Source of the DNA: Callorhinchus milii
Lineage: Eukaryota
Assembly: GCF_018977255.1 (NCBI RefSeq)
Contig: NW_024704743.1
Location: forward strand, 89,282,001 to 89,346,000
Direction: 5' to 3'
Length of the DNA stretch: 64,000 nt
Every line of letters starts with the position of its first letter. Position 1 is the stretch's first letter. The position numbers were made by a program, and so were the translations under genes. Of this stretch, positions 1 to 14,010 are shown piece by piece. Below the pieces are notes generated by a model. It did no database searches. It was not told the origin of the DNA and was given only the letters and a program-made list of their open reading frames with translations.

Positions 1-559
1 GCAGAATTACACTCCTATCCTATAATTAGTTGGTGAAAGTCACTGTTCTTCCTCTATTTTGGGAAGCACAGAGATCTTTGTGTGCTATAAAGCTTGAAAA
101 TCCCTAAACTGCAGGAGTGTTTAGAGCGGAAATCAGTCGAGTATTAGTACCTGAAATTCTGCAGATTATCAAATAAAATGTCACAAACTTCATCCCATTT
201 TATTTTGCTATTTGCTGAAGTCTTTTACTTTTTCAATTTGATTTATAAAGGCTTTCCTTGAATTTCGTTAATTCTCTTTCTTATTTCTTAGTACAGCACT
301 CTACATCTTATTATGTGTTGTATGTGGACAGTTCCTTAGATGGAACCTTGCTTTGGGTGGCTGCACAATGTGTCTAAAGGCGCATTGAGACTAGGCTATT
401 ATCATCATTTCATGCTTTCAAAGAATTGTGACAAGATGTTCTTGATGTAACTTGTATTTCATTGTATTGAGCTTCATTTCTCCAGCAATCAAAACTGTAC
501 AAACTAACAATGTTCTTAACGGTACATAAAGTTCTCCCCCCATAAAGTGATAGCTCTAA

Positions 560-960
560 AATGCGTGATAATGTAAGATCCTATTGAGTTGTAATTACTT
601 CACCCTTTCCTCAAAGGTGTAAGAATTTAAAGGATTAGGCACAAATTTACAGTACACAGTAGAAATATAGATGTTTTGCCAAAAGGGATTACGATGGGCC
701 AAAAAGGAGCAATGAATGTGTTTATGGATGTGAAGCTAGACATCTACATGATCCAAATGGTTAGGGAACCTACAGATAGAGGGACAACACAATACATATT
801 AGGTAACAGTCAGGATGGCACATCAGGGTCACAAAGTAAAAAATACTGTATTTGCATTCGACCTTAATATGTTTTAATAACAGGTTTACAATAGAGAATG
901 AGCGCTCACTACAGACCCTTAATTTAGGAAAGCAAACTTTGAGGGAATGAAAAAGGAATG
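560..960 (+). mobile_element. Highly degenerate CR1-type LINE fragment (endonuclease/linker region)
   Basis: Broken frames give QMVREPT..ILGN and RKANFEGMK, resembling CR1 ORF2 endonuclease C-terminal motifs; many stops and frameshifts. Confidence 0.45.
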
Positions 961-1067
961 CAGCTTTACTATAAGATGGTTTTGGAGTCAATAAAATCTC
1001 AATCTGCATTGTGGCAAGCTTCACTGCACATGCACACACTCCCCATCCAATTCCTTAAAAAAGATTG

Positions 1068-1115
1068 ATATCACTTCCTGTGTACTGCATATGCGCAATG
1101 TGCAGGAAGTGATGT
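1068..1115. repeat. Short palindromic element (atcacttcctg...caggaagtgat)
   Basis: Imperfect inverted repeat of about 19 bp; a related copy with the same downstream ttggccatttt motif lies at about 53374-53535. Confidence 0.6.
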
Positions 1116-1489
1116 TGGCTATGATTCTGAGTCTCAGGAGTTGGCCATTTTTAATGGGGGAACCAACCGGCGTGTTGGGAAGCGAGCCATCAAGTGTGTG
1201 CAATGAATGGGGTCCATACCCTGAACTAGAGCTGTAAAACAACAACAACTTGCATTTGGATAGTGCAATTCACACAGGTAGCATCTCAAAATGGTTGAGA
1301 AGGGCTACACTGTATTTTTTGAAACAGAAAAATTATGTGTTAGTACAAGGTCATAACTTATTGGTGGAGGTTATTGGTTAGTGGTTTTGTTATTTTGGTA
1401 TTGCAAAATGATCATTCCAAGATTAACAGGGTTACATTTTTGATACCTTTCCTTCCCTCCCCCTTTGGATGTTGTGCTTATTCAGGTTG

Positions 1490-1670
1490 GGATGTTAAAT
1501 TGGTCACTTCAATCCACGACTGTTTGTGGGACACTGCTGTGTGCAATTGGTTGGCGCATTGCACCACAAAATATACAGTCAATTCACTTTACAGTATATT
1601 CTATGAAGCACTTTGAGACGTCTCAAAGACTAGATAAGACGCTATATCAAATGCAAGGATTATTATTATT
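1490..1670 (+). mobile_element. SINE 3' half with L2-like tail
   Basis: cacaaaatatacagtcaattcactttacagtatattc...gctatatcaaatgcaaggattattatt matches many other copies in the window. Confidence 0.85.
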
Positions 1671-4600
1671 ACTGCTGGAGAACGAAATGCTTTCCCAAAA
1701 TGTCGGTATTAAGCACTCCCACATTAGGTAAAGCACATTTAGATACAGAATAAAATTCTCTCTGCTGTTCTGTTCACTGTTCCACAACAATAAACAGGAA
1801 TATTTTACCCATGTGACCATTTAATAAGCGAATGGAGTTTCTCCTGGTCTCTCGGCCACCAATCCCCTAAATAAAATTGGTCATTCACCACATTGCTCTT
1901 TGTGGGATATTGCTATTTGCAAATGTCCTGATTCCTTTGTATTCTTCGACAAATACACAGTCATTACTTACAGTATATGCTTGGCAGCGCTTTGAGATAA
2001 TAATAATAGTAATAATAATCCTAGCATTTGTTACAGCGCTCATCACATTGTTGAGACTTCTCAAAGTGCTTCAAAGATATCCTCCTGAAGCATTATTACA
2101 CATGCAATGATCATTATTATCCAGACAAACACCTTTAATTGGGAGGAGACCAGGGTCATTGGAAAGTGATTATAAATAGAAACCTTTTCTATTTTTTCCT
2201 TTCCCTACCTCAAAGATACCAAGACTTATTATAGTTTTGAACTACTGAGCAGGATGTATGAGGCCCATCACCACGTAAAGAGTATCCAAATGGAATGAGT
2301 GCTACACATGTACGCTACCCACACATGGAAATTTTCCTGTGTTGGGAAGGCAATGTGCACTCTCTCCTTGGAGAGAAATCACCATCCTATTCTAACAGGG
2401 ATCCAACCTGGGCCGCTCTTGTACAATACTAGGCAGTACATCTACCTAATGGAGAAGCAATTCACTTTTTCGAAAGGAAGCTTGCTAGTGTTTCTGTACA
2501 AAAATCAGATTGAGAGCTTTTTATGGGCTAATTTGAGCTGTTTTGCATAATATTAGATGAAGTTGTGGAGCCTGATTTTCAAGAGTAATTATATTTAACT
2601 CCATATTTGAGTAAATCCACCACATTCGCACATGCAGTTTGCTGCTTATATGTTGTGATGGAGCAATATAATCCCTAACCAAATTGATGCTGTTGGATTT
2701 GGCTGAACATAATACATCTTGTTAAATGCTGACGATGTGGCAGAAAGAAAATTCCCAATGAATAGGACAATGAAAATAAATGTCAGTCTCTTCCCTCTCG
2801 CCTCCTCCCTCCCCTCATCTCCCATTGGATAAGATGGGAATATCAATGTTTCAGGTCATTTGTTATCCAGTTTGTCCACTTTATCAAATATAGGCTCACG
2901 TATTTAATAAAGTCCATATTTAGATTTTTCCCATCATTTAGAAACAGACATGCAATTTATTTTTGGGACATGTTTAATGCAGCTCAAAATCCTTTGCTTG
3001 CAGAAAGAGAAATGCCTTAGCTGTTCTCCCCTGAAGCAGCTACAGCACGAGGTGCTTTGAAAATTAGGCTCTACTTTTAAAGAGAATGTGGTATGCACAG
3101 AGTATTCTTTAGCCACTCTGTGCATGGACAATGGCATCTTAATGGCTTCATTTTTTTTGTTCTGTTCTTTGCTTCTTTCACATGGTATATAGTGAAATGA
3201 CCATGAGGTGAGAATCTTTTATTTGTCTTTTTGTTATTTAAAAAAATCCTCTTTAATTTTCAAATACAAGTCTGCTTTGGTTTGCTGTGGATTTATTTAT
3301 TTCAGAAACGGCAATGCCTGCCTTGAATGGGTTAATTATGGCATGCCTGATTTTGGATCTGTGTTTGCATCCTATCATTTGGGAAAAATAATAATATTAC
3401 AGATTCATTCAATATTGAAGAATTCAACACACGTGGTTGAATAAGAATGAGGGGGAAGATTTGGTAGAATCAATCTGATATACTGCACAGCTTTTATTTT
3501 GGTTCGATATGTTGCTTTATGTTGAATCAGCAAATGTTCCATAGTATAACTCAATTTCTTTGAACCCACTCCAGATGAACACAAACTGTGTTAGGGAATG
3601 AATCTTCCTCCTACTTCAGATTCACACCATTTTCAGTTAAACTGCAGCTGGTGCAGAGTACATTTTCTTTAACTGCTAGGTTTGAAAAGATTGGAGGTAG
3701 TGCACTCGGACTGTCCTTGAAGTTTTCATGGAGATGAAGAGTTGAGAGTTCTGCTGGCATTTCACTCACATTTTAAAATAACTAATGGGCATTCAGATGA
3801 GTTTAAAGACAGGCCTGTTAATTCTGATGCAGATTCTGGTCGGACACTGTGTTTTCAGTAGAAAAGTGCCATAAAGCAGCCATGTCTTCCAGCTTGTCAG
3901 AAAACGTGACGTATTGCTTCATAAATTAAAAGTTAATCATTAAAAACGGTTCTCTGTAATGAATGGGAAATTATAAATTACTGGGTGGTTAATGCACTTA
4001 GTTCAGCATTGCCAGGATTAATCCTCAATCAATCATTCCTTTAAGTGCACTACTTCTAAATTATACATCAGATTTGCTGCCAAATAAGGACAATAATTTC
4101 AAAATATGTTTATCAATTATAATATCAACTTGTTTGTCTTTTTCTGCATTCTGCTTTTTCCCCCCTAAAATGGAGTCAATTTCGGTAACAAAATCTCCAT
4201 TGGAGGAAACATTTAAACTCTTAGATTATTAGCGTGTTTGAACCATCGCTGCTATAAGAAACATATCCAGAATATATAATTGGTACCATGGTCTGAGCAT
4301 TTATTTCACGTGAAAGAGCATTAAAAGCTCCAGTGCCTCAGTGTTTAACAGGCAGCAATGAAGTAGCAGCAACAGTCTGAGGAATGAATGAACAGATGAG
4401 TTATGAACAGACCTTGGTACCCTAACCTTTTGATTAGATGTAGAAATAGAATCCGTTGATAAATAGACTTCCTGATCCTCTATTACACCTGTATGGTTTG
4501 ACAGTTTTTAATTGATCCATGGGAATTAAAATAAAGAATCTGGGATTAAACTTTGTGTGAAAAATATTTTTTTTAAAAAACTTAATCAAAAAGGTAGTTC

Positions 4601-4854
4601 AGTGATCCATTCAAATCAGTTAAAAATACTGTATATATTAGAAATTAAAAATGAATTACTTTGAAAATAATGGGGTCTGTTTAAAGCAGATTGCTCTCAT
4701 TCTCTCTTCACATTAAACCATATGGTTCCTGCAGTGGAGATGTTCCCCTTCAAAGAGCAGACATTACAATTGTAAAAAAAACACGTCCTCCCCCACCCAA
4801 ACTGTTACAAGAACGATGAATGTTTGGAATTTAATTCTACGTTATCTTTCACAG

Positions 4855-4977
4855 TTGGATGAAAAGGCCTCGTTGCGGTGTGCCTGACCAGTTCGGAAGC
4901 AACTCACGGTTTAATATCCGAAGAAAGCGGTATGCATTAACTGGGCAGAAGTGGCATCACAAACATATCACCTACAG
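4855..4977 (+). CDS. mmp16: MMP16 (MT3-MMP) coding exon 3: end of propeptide, cysteine switch, furin site, start of catalytic domain
   Basis: tttcacag|...|gtactt boundaries, 123 nt. Translates to [40 protein letters not shown](S) with PRCGVPD and RRKR. Not in the ORF track; read directly. Confidence 0.96.
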
Positions 4978-5404
4978 GTACTTACTTTTGCCAATGCAAA
5001 CAGTCACTGCACCTGACTGTAAATGTGAAATGCTTTGAGTTGTTTCGATGCGAAAAGGTTAAATTAACAAAAAAAATACTTTTTATTTTACTCACAAGCC
5101 ATTAAGTGAATAGCTTCACTTAATATTCATCAGGTGAATATGCTGTAACATATGACTTGTCAGATGACTACCTGCAATTGGCTTATCGCTGACAAGTAAA
5201 TATTGAATTTTGTATTTCTGTAGGACATCTTTAAATCTAAATATCACATGGACTATTTTAAGAGCACAGTAATCTGTAATCTGGTCTGTTGCCAGGATAA
5301 GTGTGCCTCTGTTAGTTTGCTGTAAGTATTTCTGTTATTATTGGTTGTTTATCTTATAGCCGTTTGAAGTTCAAATTAATTTTAAAAAATTTGTTTTGGG
5401 GTGG

Positions 5405-5858
5405 GCGGGGGGTTCTGACACAAATGCGGAAATCCATCACCATGCTTAGGAGTGTCTAAACTACACTGAGAGTTCCATGCATCCCACCTACATGTAGACA
5501 TTTCTGTGTCTGGAATGGAATGCACACTCTCTCGTTGAAAGGATTCATCCTGCTCATCTAGTTCCAAGTGTATTAGGTGCTGATTGACAAGAACCAAGGC
5601 CTGGGGATCCCAAAGTGTCCATTGGGGTACTGCTGATGTCTAACCAGCTAAAAGCACATAGCTTGCCATTGAGAGCACTGCATGGCAAGCTTTCTCACTT
5701 CATGTCCAGCTCAGACCACCCTACCTGTTAGGGCTTTGGCTTGCAGGTTTAACAAGAGCTGATTGGTAAGAATCTCTGCCCCTAGTGCCCAGTCTGCCCC
5801 TCCAAGAACTGCTAATAGGGCAGTGTGGCTGGTCATTCATCAGCAGTGACCTGGAAAT
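5405..5858. repeat. Unclassified interspersed repeat (family C), long copy
   Basis: Shares ccatcaccatgctta...gagagttcca...tggaatgcacactctctc and gctttctcact...accctacctgttaggg with at least 7 other loci in the window. Confidence 0.75.
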
Positions 5859-7071
5859 TGTTAAAAATAATATTTAAATTATTAATTTAAAATAGTTTAT
5901 ACAATTCCTGGATTAGAGAGGAAAATCAGCCCCCACTTGCTTTTGGTTCCTGCATGACAACCCCTGCTGAAAATGTGTTTCTTTGTATCCCAGAAGGACT
6001 ATGATGTTTTGATGCTCCTCTCCGCTCCATCTACAAACACCCACTGACAAAGCTCACACATTATTAATTGCCCTCCCAGCTATCAGCAGGCAATAGGTGC
6101 CCATATAGATCCATGCCACAGCGTGAGTTTGCAACTTCAGATCAGAGAATGATTAGTAAGTTTACCGCACAGTAGGAACCCATTCAACCATTGTTTATGT
6201 CGTAGTGCTAGATCCCCTATTGGCTAACTACCAAGATACCATTTCCAAGCTATTCCCCTTTAATAATATTTTCACTCAATTATTTATGTAATTTGTCTTT
6301 TAAATGCTGTTATGGACTCAGTTTCAACACCCATTTGTAGTCAGGTATTTATCATTGTGACAGTGCTCTGTGTAATAACATTCCTTTTAACCTCCTTTAT
6401 TTTCTTAAGCAGGTCAACAGTTGGGAGGCACCACTCTCTCTCTGCTTCTGTACATACTTTACAGTTTATGGTTTTGGCCAGCCATCTGTATATGTGAAAT
6501 CGGGGAAGGGGAGGGGGTTTTCAAGCACAAAATGACAATTTTATTTAATATGCTGGCTGAATTTTTTCCCTGTGTCAGTAACTTGCATTTTATACTGATT
6601 GAATTTCACTGGTCCAATGATCAGTCCAGGTACATACCCTATCAAACTCTTATTGTAAGATCTCAGCTGCCGACGTTGATTCCTCTAACTTGTTGTTGAC
6701 TGTAAACTACTTTGCACTACATCTGTGAATCCAGGTCATTAATGCAAACAAGGAACAGGTGGAACCCAAGGCACCTCACTTAGTTGAATCCTTGGTTGAA
6801 TCCACAAAATCCCAATGGCGAATTGCGATAGCTGGTTTCACTGCACGTGCATGCAGTGCCGGCTCTCTACCTGTCAGTTCCCAAGGTTAAAAAAAAGGCA
6901 GAAGTCCAGGTTTTCAAGTCACCAATGCCACCTCCTGTTTGTTGCAAACTACATGTTATTTTGTAATTTGAGTTTTGCTAGGTCTGTGATCCAGAGTAAG
7001 ACGGAAATAAATATTACAATGCTTAGTGACATTGCAGGCCTGAACTCAATTTATTTCTCCTTTATCAACAG

Positions 7072-7376
7072 CATTAAGAACTTCACTCCTAAAGTAGGAA
7101 AACTTGAAACACACAGAGCTATACGCCGTGCCTTTGATGTGTGGCAGAATGTAACTCCGCTGACGTTCGAAGAGGTGCCCTTTGACGAATTAGAAAACAA
7201 GAAAAGGGATGTGGACATCACAATTATGTTTGCTTCTGGGTTCCACGGTGACAGCTCGCCTTTTGATGGGGAAGGGGGTTTCCTTGCACATGCTTATTTC
7301 CCAGGACCTGGTATTGGAGGTGACACTCACTTTGATTCTGACGAGCCGTGGACGCTGGGAAACCCGAATCACGATG
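7072..7376 (+). CDS. mmp16: MMP16 coding exon 4: catalytic domain with MT-loop and structural Zn/Ca ligands
   Basis: tttatcaacag|...|gtgaga boundaries, 305 nt. IKNFTPKVGKLETHRAIRRAFDVWQNVTPLTFEEVPFDELENKKRDVDITIMFASGFHGDSSPFDGEGGFLAHAYFPGPGIGGDTHFDSDEPWTLGNPNHD; phase matches exon 3 (AG+C = Ser). Confidence 0.98.
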
Positions 7377-7735
7377 GTGAGAATTTTTCATTTTAAATTA
7401 CTCTGTGAAACATGTCAAAGTGCTGAATGCAGAGCAAGGAAATCTCACTTTTACCAGCTCTTTGGGCTCAAAAGAATAGTTCTTACTCGTCTCTTCTTGG
7501 TTCAAAATCTGCCTGATGCACTGAATTTCACCTGGGAACTAGGAGAACATTGCAACAGTACCGGCAGAATTCGTTCAAAGCAGATAAGACAAATGACATT
7601 ATTACTTCTGTGCTTTGGAGACTGTGCTAAAACAAACAGTAGAGTCAGAATACAGCTGCTTCATTTTATAAATGGTGTAAATTAAGATGTAAATTAAGTT
7701 CTGTAATCTGCAATTCTACCAAGTTTTAGCCTTCA

Positions 7736-7913
7736 GACCATTCTAAAATGTTAAAATTGTGCAGAATTTTCACCACTTCTTAAATTCATTAAAAATGTCA
7801 AAGCCGATTTTCTGCAGCTGTTTTTAAGAGCTCTAGAAAATCAGCTCCCAATTTAAACTGAACTTAAACCTTTGCTAAAATTCAGTACAATTGTACATTT
7901 TAAGAAAATTGTT
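7736..7913. mobile_element. Palindromic MITE-like element (family B)
   Basis: Arms taaaatgttaaaattgtgcagaatttt...ttaaattca and tgaacttaa...aaaattcagtacaattgtacattttaaga are reverse complementary; homologous to 24516-24680. Confidence 0.65.
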
Positions 7914-9460
7914 TTAAATCTCAAACCAAGTCAAATGTTGGATCTCTGTTAATGCTCTAGAAACTCATTGTTTCAGATCCAGCAATATACAACTGATATT
8001 ACTTGATGTTTTCATTAACATGGAATACAAAGAGATTATTTTCCTATCCTTTCCTATCTCGCTTTTGCTCTCCCTCACCAATTACTGGATTCAATTTATT
8101 TTATACATTACAGCAGGAAAGGATTAAAAACATGATGGCAGCATAGCTGTAACAGTCACTGAACCACTAACCGTTATAACTAAACACTGATACTCATGAT
8201 ACTCGTTCAGTTGGGACTGTGGCTTGAGGACATGCCCACACCATCAAGTCTCATCGATGGGCCAAATAGGCTGATCAACCATATACATCACCTTGAATTC
8301 CTTAAGACCTGCCTGAAACCTTTCAATTCTCCTTCTTTCACTCTCCAACAAAGGATTTTTTATGCATACAATTTACATTCATATAGTGATTTTCATGTCA
8401 GGATGAAATCTCAAAATGCTTGACACTGCTGGCTGGGCACCTGATAGAGGGGGGTGGAGTGGACTCAAATATCTGTGCATAGATATTTTTCAAGTTCAAG
8501 AGAGGGAAGGGATAAGTGAACTCACCTTGATTTAAGTCCAAACTTTTTTGGCTGCAAGACTAGTATTCCTCTCCCTCTCCCCCTGGCTCAGGGTCAGATT
8601 CCAACACTGTCAAGCGCTCCAGGATGCTACCCCATGTAAAGGGCACTGTATAAAAGCAAGTTGTTGTTCTACCAACTAAGCTACCCTGTATTTTTTTAAG
8701 GAGTTGTAAACTCATGGGGATCCACAGGATGCAATGCAGAAAAATGTGGGTGTGAATGTGAATGGCTTCATGCCCAGGAACTCATGTCAAGTTCACTTCT
8801 TACTACAAATCTGCATTGATTTAGATTTCAAACAGAATTATCTTTGGTAAGCAAAGGCTTAAAAAGATAATTCAAATATGTTTGAGAAGCTTAGAATATG
8901 GTAATAGCAGGGTTGTTTAAACGTGATTATTCCTAACCAGCAAGGGAGTACTCACAGCATTGAAAAGCAAGTAGAGCAGCTCAGTTGAGGGTCATTGAAT
9001 ATAGTTCTTTGAAGTGAAAGGCATGAAATATAGAGTCATTGAAAGGTCATTCAGACTTTGACATTAGAATCATAATTCTTGTATTTAACATAGGATCTTA
9101 CCACTTCATCAACATCTGAAAGCACTTCACAGGAGTCTACTGCAACGTGTAGTGACTGTGCATCTGTAGGTGAAATGTATATAGCATCACAAGAGTGAAA
9201 CACACAAATGATCATTTATGTCTGTGGACTACACAAGTGAAAACAGAGACTGTCTCAACTGTTGTATAAGACTGTTCAATTATTGGAATGAGAATGTGGA
9301 GTTCCATTTAGTCTTGGCAATTGACACACACTTGATCAAATTTGTGTTTGTTTCATACATGTATCTTGACACGATGGGCCGAATGGTCTTCTTTGGTTCT
9401 GTGAATTTCAAAAACTACTCTTGTAAGGCAATTTTATCATTGAAGTCTCATAGGTACATT

Positions 9461-9845
9461 TAGCACTCTCACCTCTGGGTCAGAAGGTTGTGGGTTCAAG
9501 TCTCATGTTGGGATTTTAAACTCATAATCTTGGCTGCACTTCATTATAGTGCTGGGACAGGGTTGCATTGTTGGGAGGTGTTGTCCTTTGGATGAGATAT
9601 TAAACCGAGGTCCTGTCTGCCTGTTCAGGCGAATAAGAAAGGTCTCTTGATATAAATATTCAAAAAGAGAAGAGTTTCTCTCAGTGCCCTGGCAAACATT
9701 TCCCCAGATAATATTGATCATTCTGTATGCAAATTGCCTGCCTTTGAAATATATAGGCACTATACTTTTGAGTAAATCCTGCCCTGTGAAGTACTTTGAG
9801 ACACGATATGGAGCTGTATGAAGAGCAAGGATTTTTTATTATTTA
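9461..9845 (+). mobile_element. DeuSINE-like SINE (SacSINE1/AmnSINE1-type central domain)
   Basis: tRNA-like head (tagcactctcacctctgggtcagaaggttgtgggttcaagtc), Deu-like core aaaccgaggtcctgtctgcctgttcagg and degenerate shared tail. Confidence 0.75.
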
Positions 9846-11519
9846 TAAAAAGGAGATTACTAAAAGAAATGTATTCAGGTAAAGCTGCCTAACATTTAAA
9901 TCTAAAGATCATTACCATTCACAGCAGTCCTGTTGTGATCGATATCAGCACTTTTATGCCGTTACCAGTTTGCACAAGAGAGCTATTGAACATCAGAAAT
10001 AGCCAACTCATGACAACTGTAAAAAGGGAAATCACTGATTGCATATAATGGTTCCTTTGTTTCAAAGCTTTATCTTAATTGCTGAAAATAATTTTTCTGT
10101 GTGAAATGCAGAAACATATTTTAAGTAATAGTGTTCCTCATCCTGCAAGATTCCACAGACCAAAATAAAGAAGCTCAGTTGCTTTCTTTTATTTCAGAGG
10201 GTCAGGACATGTGGACGCAAACATTGACTGCCATAATCTGACTCATTTCAATATTGCAGTAGAATTTTTTCCGTTACCTAAAAAATGATATTAAAAGGCT
10301 CCATATCATTGCTAGGCCTTGCCTGTAATCACCGTCTTTGACAAGGTGTTCATTTCCAAAGTGTAATTATGGAAATCTGCAGACTCCATTCAAAGTGAAA
10401 AATGCCCGTGTGATGAAGGTTATTAAAGCTTAAGGTAGAAAACACACAAATTTGTAAGTACCAAAGAGATTAAGAACCCCTTCTCCCCATCTATTATCTT
10501 GCTTGACAATTGCATGCTAAATAGTTCAAACACAACATTACTGTTGAGAATTCCTGTTAATACCTCAGGTCTGGACATACTCAATATTGTAGTTTTACTG
10601 TGAGTGATTTTCTTTAGAAACTAGCACATTAGAAACAGCTGACCAACCTCTTACATGCATTATCCATCAGTCCAAAATTTCTGGGAGATGAACATTCATT
10701 TCCCCCCAGTTATTTTTTGCCCCCTCCCCACAATCGTTTGGTGAGCTTTCAGCCATTCTTCTCGCTCTCTAGAACTCCATTTCTATGTTCCGCCACCTCA
10801 GCCCCTCGCTCCCCAGCAATAAAGCCCATCTTAAAACCTTTCTTTTCATCCACACTATTGGTCACATTCTCACTCCCCTATCCTCAGCTCTCCCACCTCC
10901 AGATAAGGCTCTTAACTGATTCTGTGAAGTGCTTTGAGACATCCTCCCAACATAAAAGACACTAAATAAAATGTAAAATTGTTGTGGTTATTTTGGGGTT
11001 TATGTTGGTGTGAGGTATCAATGCTAGGAGATGAAATGTTTCCCCACATCTTGTACTTTGTATCAGTACTAGGGTCCCTAGGGTAATACAATATGACTGG
11101 ATTAGATGGCAGGGTCACGTTTTCTCTACAACTTCCTTGAAGATCTATCACCCCAACTTCAGTGGAGTACCCTCAGACTAAGCACAGAAAACTGTTATAT
11201 TGTCACTCCAAGGGAAAAAAGCTCAGTGACCCTATATCCAGGGTGATTATGTAGTCATACATCCTCCGGGGTCTCTAGGGGGTGCTGTGGAAGGGAGGGC
11301 ATACACCACACACTGTGTCCATGTAGAACAAGAAGCTCTTCAGAGTGAAAGCCCGGTCCCCATAGCTATCAGTTTATTTGTTGAAACTCAGTGAAATACA
11401 GTACACAAAATCCCTGGCTGGTCGAACTAATGCGGGGGGGAGATCTGGTCCTTGAGCTAGAATTTCTGGCTAAGTGTAATTGCAATGCCAGTACCCGCAT
11501 TTATGGGCATATCTGGACT

Positions 11520-11690
11520 GTATGTAGGATACTGCTGTGCGAAATTGGCTGCTGCGTTTCACCCACAAAATATACAGTCAATTCACTTTACAGTATATTC
11601 TGTGATGTGCTTTGAGACGTATTGAAGATGTAGCAAGACACTATATCAAATGCAAGGATTATTTATTATTTTTAATTTTATTTATTTATT
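11520..11690 (+). mobile_element. SINE 3' half with L2-like tail
   Basis: Shared tail sequence ending in caaatgcaaggattatttattatt. Confidence 0.85.
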
Positions 11691-11847
11691 GGCATTTTTC
11701 AGCGTTGGCTCTTTCCAGTGCTGAAAAATACCGGTGCCGACATTGTAATTGTTTGAATCCCATGAGCAGAAGATAGCGAATAAACTGTCTTCTGTTCACG
11801 GGATTCAAATTAAGTTAAAGTCGATCTCCCTGGCCATTGAAAGCCAG
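11691..11847. other. Cluster of three tandem hairpins
   Basis: Inverted repeats at 11691-11732 (18 bp stem), 11752-11809 (25 bp stem) and 11830-11847 (5 bp stem). Confidence 0.7.
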
Positions 11848-13651
11848 TAAGCACAGTGAGGTACTAGGAGAGTGGGCCCACAGGAGTCTACACGTGGGGC
11901 CACAGAAATGTTTTTTAAAAGTTCGGTTTCGGGCACAATCCACTAGATACTATTCCACACATCCAGAGTGTATGTTTATGCAAAGGCATTTGTATCTATC
12001 AAAAAGGGTTTGCTGAGAGACATGTTATATAGCTGTGCACATTTTACTTCCAGTTTACAACGTTTCAATCCAAGGCATGGGATGTGCACCCGTAGGTAGA
12101 TATTGGGAGGTTCCATGCTGTCATGACATTGGACTCTGGAATGTTGTGTCAATTCCAACTGGGAAACCCTCATCAAGACAGCTAATATGTGGAAACTACA
12201 CCAAGAGTGAGATTTGATTACTTAAAATTAGGATTTTTGCAACACATTTTTCTGAAGGTGAAACTCTTGTCATTGCAAAGAAAATCTGAATTTTGTTAGG
12301 ATAGAAACCCTTGTTTTAAAATTAGTCACATTGCTTCCACACAAGGATTCTAAGAGACCAGGTATTCTAGAGTTAAGAATGGTTTATCCCAGTTAAGGAT
12401 CTTTCCATGAGATGCTTTTGCCAGTGTATCAGTCTATCAACAATTTCTTGGCATCAGTGACAGTGGAACGTTCCCTATTCTTTTAGCCTAAGGTTGAATT
12501 TCTCGATCCTTTAACAGACCAGAAAATCAAGGTTGTGGTTCAAAGAATAGCAAGAAATGAAGAACAACAATGAGCAGTTCAAGAAACTGAACAATGATAA
12601 AACAATTACAATACTCATATTTAATGTAGCATCTTACGACATTGAAAGGTCTCAAAGTATTTCGCACAACTGCATTCCTTTGAATTACAATGATTATTGA
12701 TATATGGAGAAATGATCAGTAGCATCCCACAAACAGTACAATAACAATTGGAATTTATATAATGCCTTTATGTAGGATAACATCTCAGAACACTTTACAA
12801 AGACAAGAACGCAGATAAGGGTGAGGGGAGAGGGAGATAAGAGGTACTGTACGGTCATGTCACCTTTCATTCAAGTCCAGCACAGACAATGTGGCATAAG
12901 ATTCATCTATCTAATGTCCAAAGGGCCCAAAAGAGAAATTAATTTAATCTGAAAGCACTACATAGTAAAAATGGGTAAGTATCAGAAAACTACTTTGAAG
13001 TTGAGTGTGATTGACATTCATTTGGCCAATTTATTCAGAGAGATGATAGGTTTTCAAAGATTACAAAGTAACATTTTCCCCCATTATTCTCTCACACTAA
13101 ATAAATGCAAAACTGTATGAATATATTACATAACTTTGACCAAATGGTAACAATTTTCACGAGGCTTCATTTTAATATATATTTAATGCATACTTTTAAT
13201 ATGCTTTATGAAGAGTTGAAAATGTTAGCACATCATAATTAACTTGAGGGGAAAACATGACACACATTGGAGAAAAAGCTGAGGCGTAGCCAAGACATCA
13301 TGATCATTCTGGTTAAAATGCCAAAACAAACAGGAGATGAGGACTCTTATGCTGTTGTATTGTTATGCTATTGCAATACGGAGTTTTTTCGAAAGTAGGT
13401 TGACTCTATAGGGGAACAAATTCCTCTGTACATACACACACGCGCACACACCACCTAATATAGATATTTACCATTCTTCGTATTTTAGCTCAGAGACGTT
13501 GAAAGGCGTTGTAGTTTTGCTTCTGCTGGAACACAAACCCAAATCCCATTGAAGCTGTGGCCACTGTCTGGTTATCACTGGTATTGTTACATTGAGTGTT
13601 AGAGATTCCATAATATGGACTCTGAATTGCATTTGCTTCCTCACGGTTGGC

Positions 13652-14010
13652 ATAATATAATAATAATCCTTGTACTTCTACAGCGCCTTATCATGTCTGG
13701 AAGACGTTTCAAAGCACTTCACAGAATATACTGTAAAGTGAATTGACTGTATATTTTGTGGGCGAAATGCAGCAGCCAATTGCGCTCAGCAGTGTCCCAG
13801 TCATGGATTGAGTGACCACTTTTTTTAGAGGAATTGTTACCCCCGGAAAAGTGATCCGCCAATCGACTTACAACTGGGTTCCTACTTACTGCTAGGTAAA
13901 CAGAGGCATGTGAAGTAAGGAAATTTGCCCAACGTTTCGCCCTGCCGGGAATCGAACCGAGGTCTCTTGCTTGCGAGGCAAGTGCTCTAACCACTGAGCT
14001 ATAGGACTCC
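13652..14010 (-). mobile_element. Full-length tRNA-derived SINE (Ala-like head, long variant)
   Basis: Minus strand begins ggagtcctatagctcagtggttagagcac...ggttcgattccc (Pol III A and B boxes) and ends in the shared tail plus (tta)n. Confidence 0.9.

Noticed and set aside
6815..7396. 193 aa ORF as a standalone protein
   Set aside because: Only 7072-7376 is MMP-like and bounded by splice sites; the remainder is open intron sequence.
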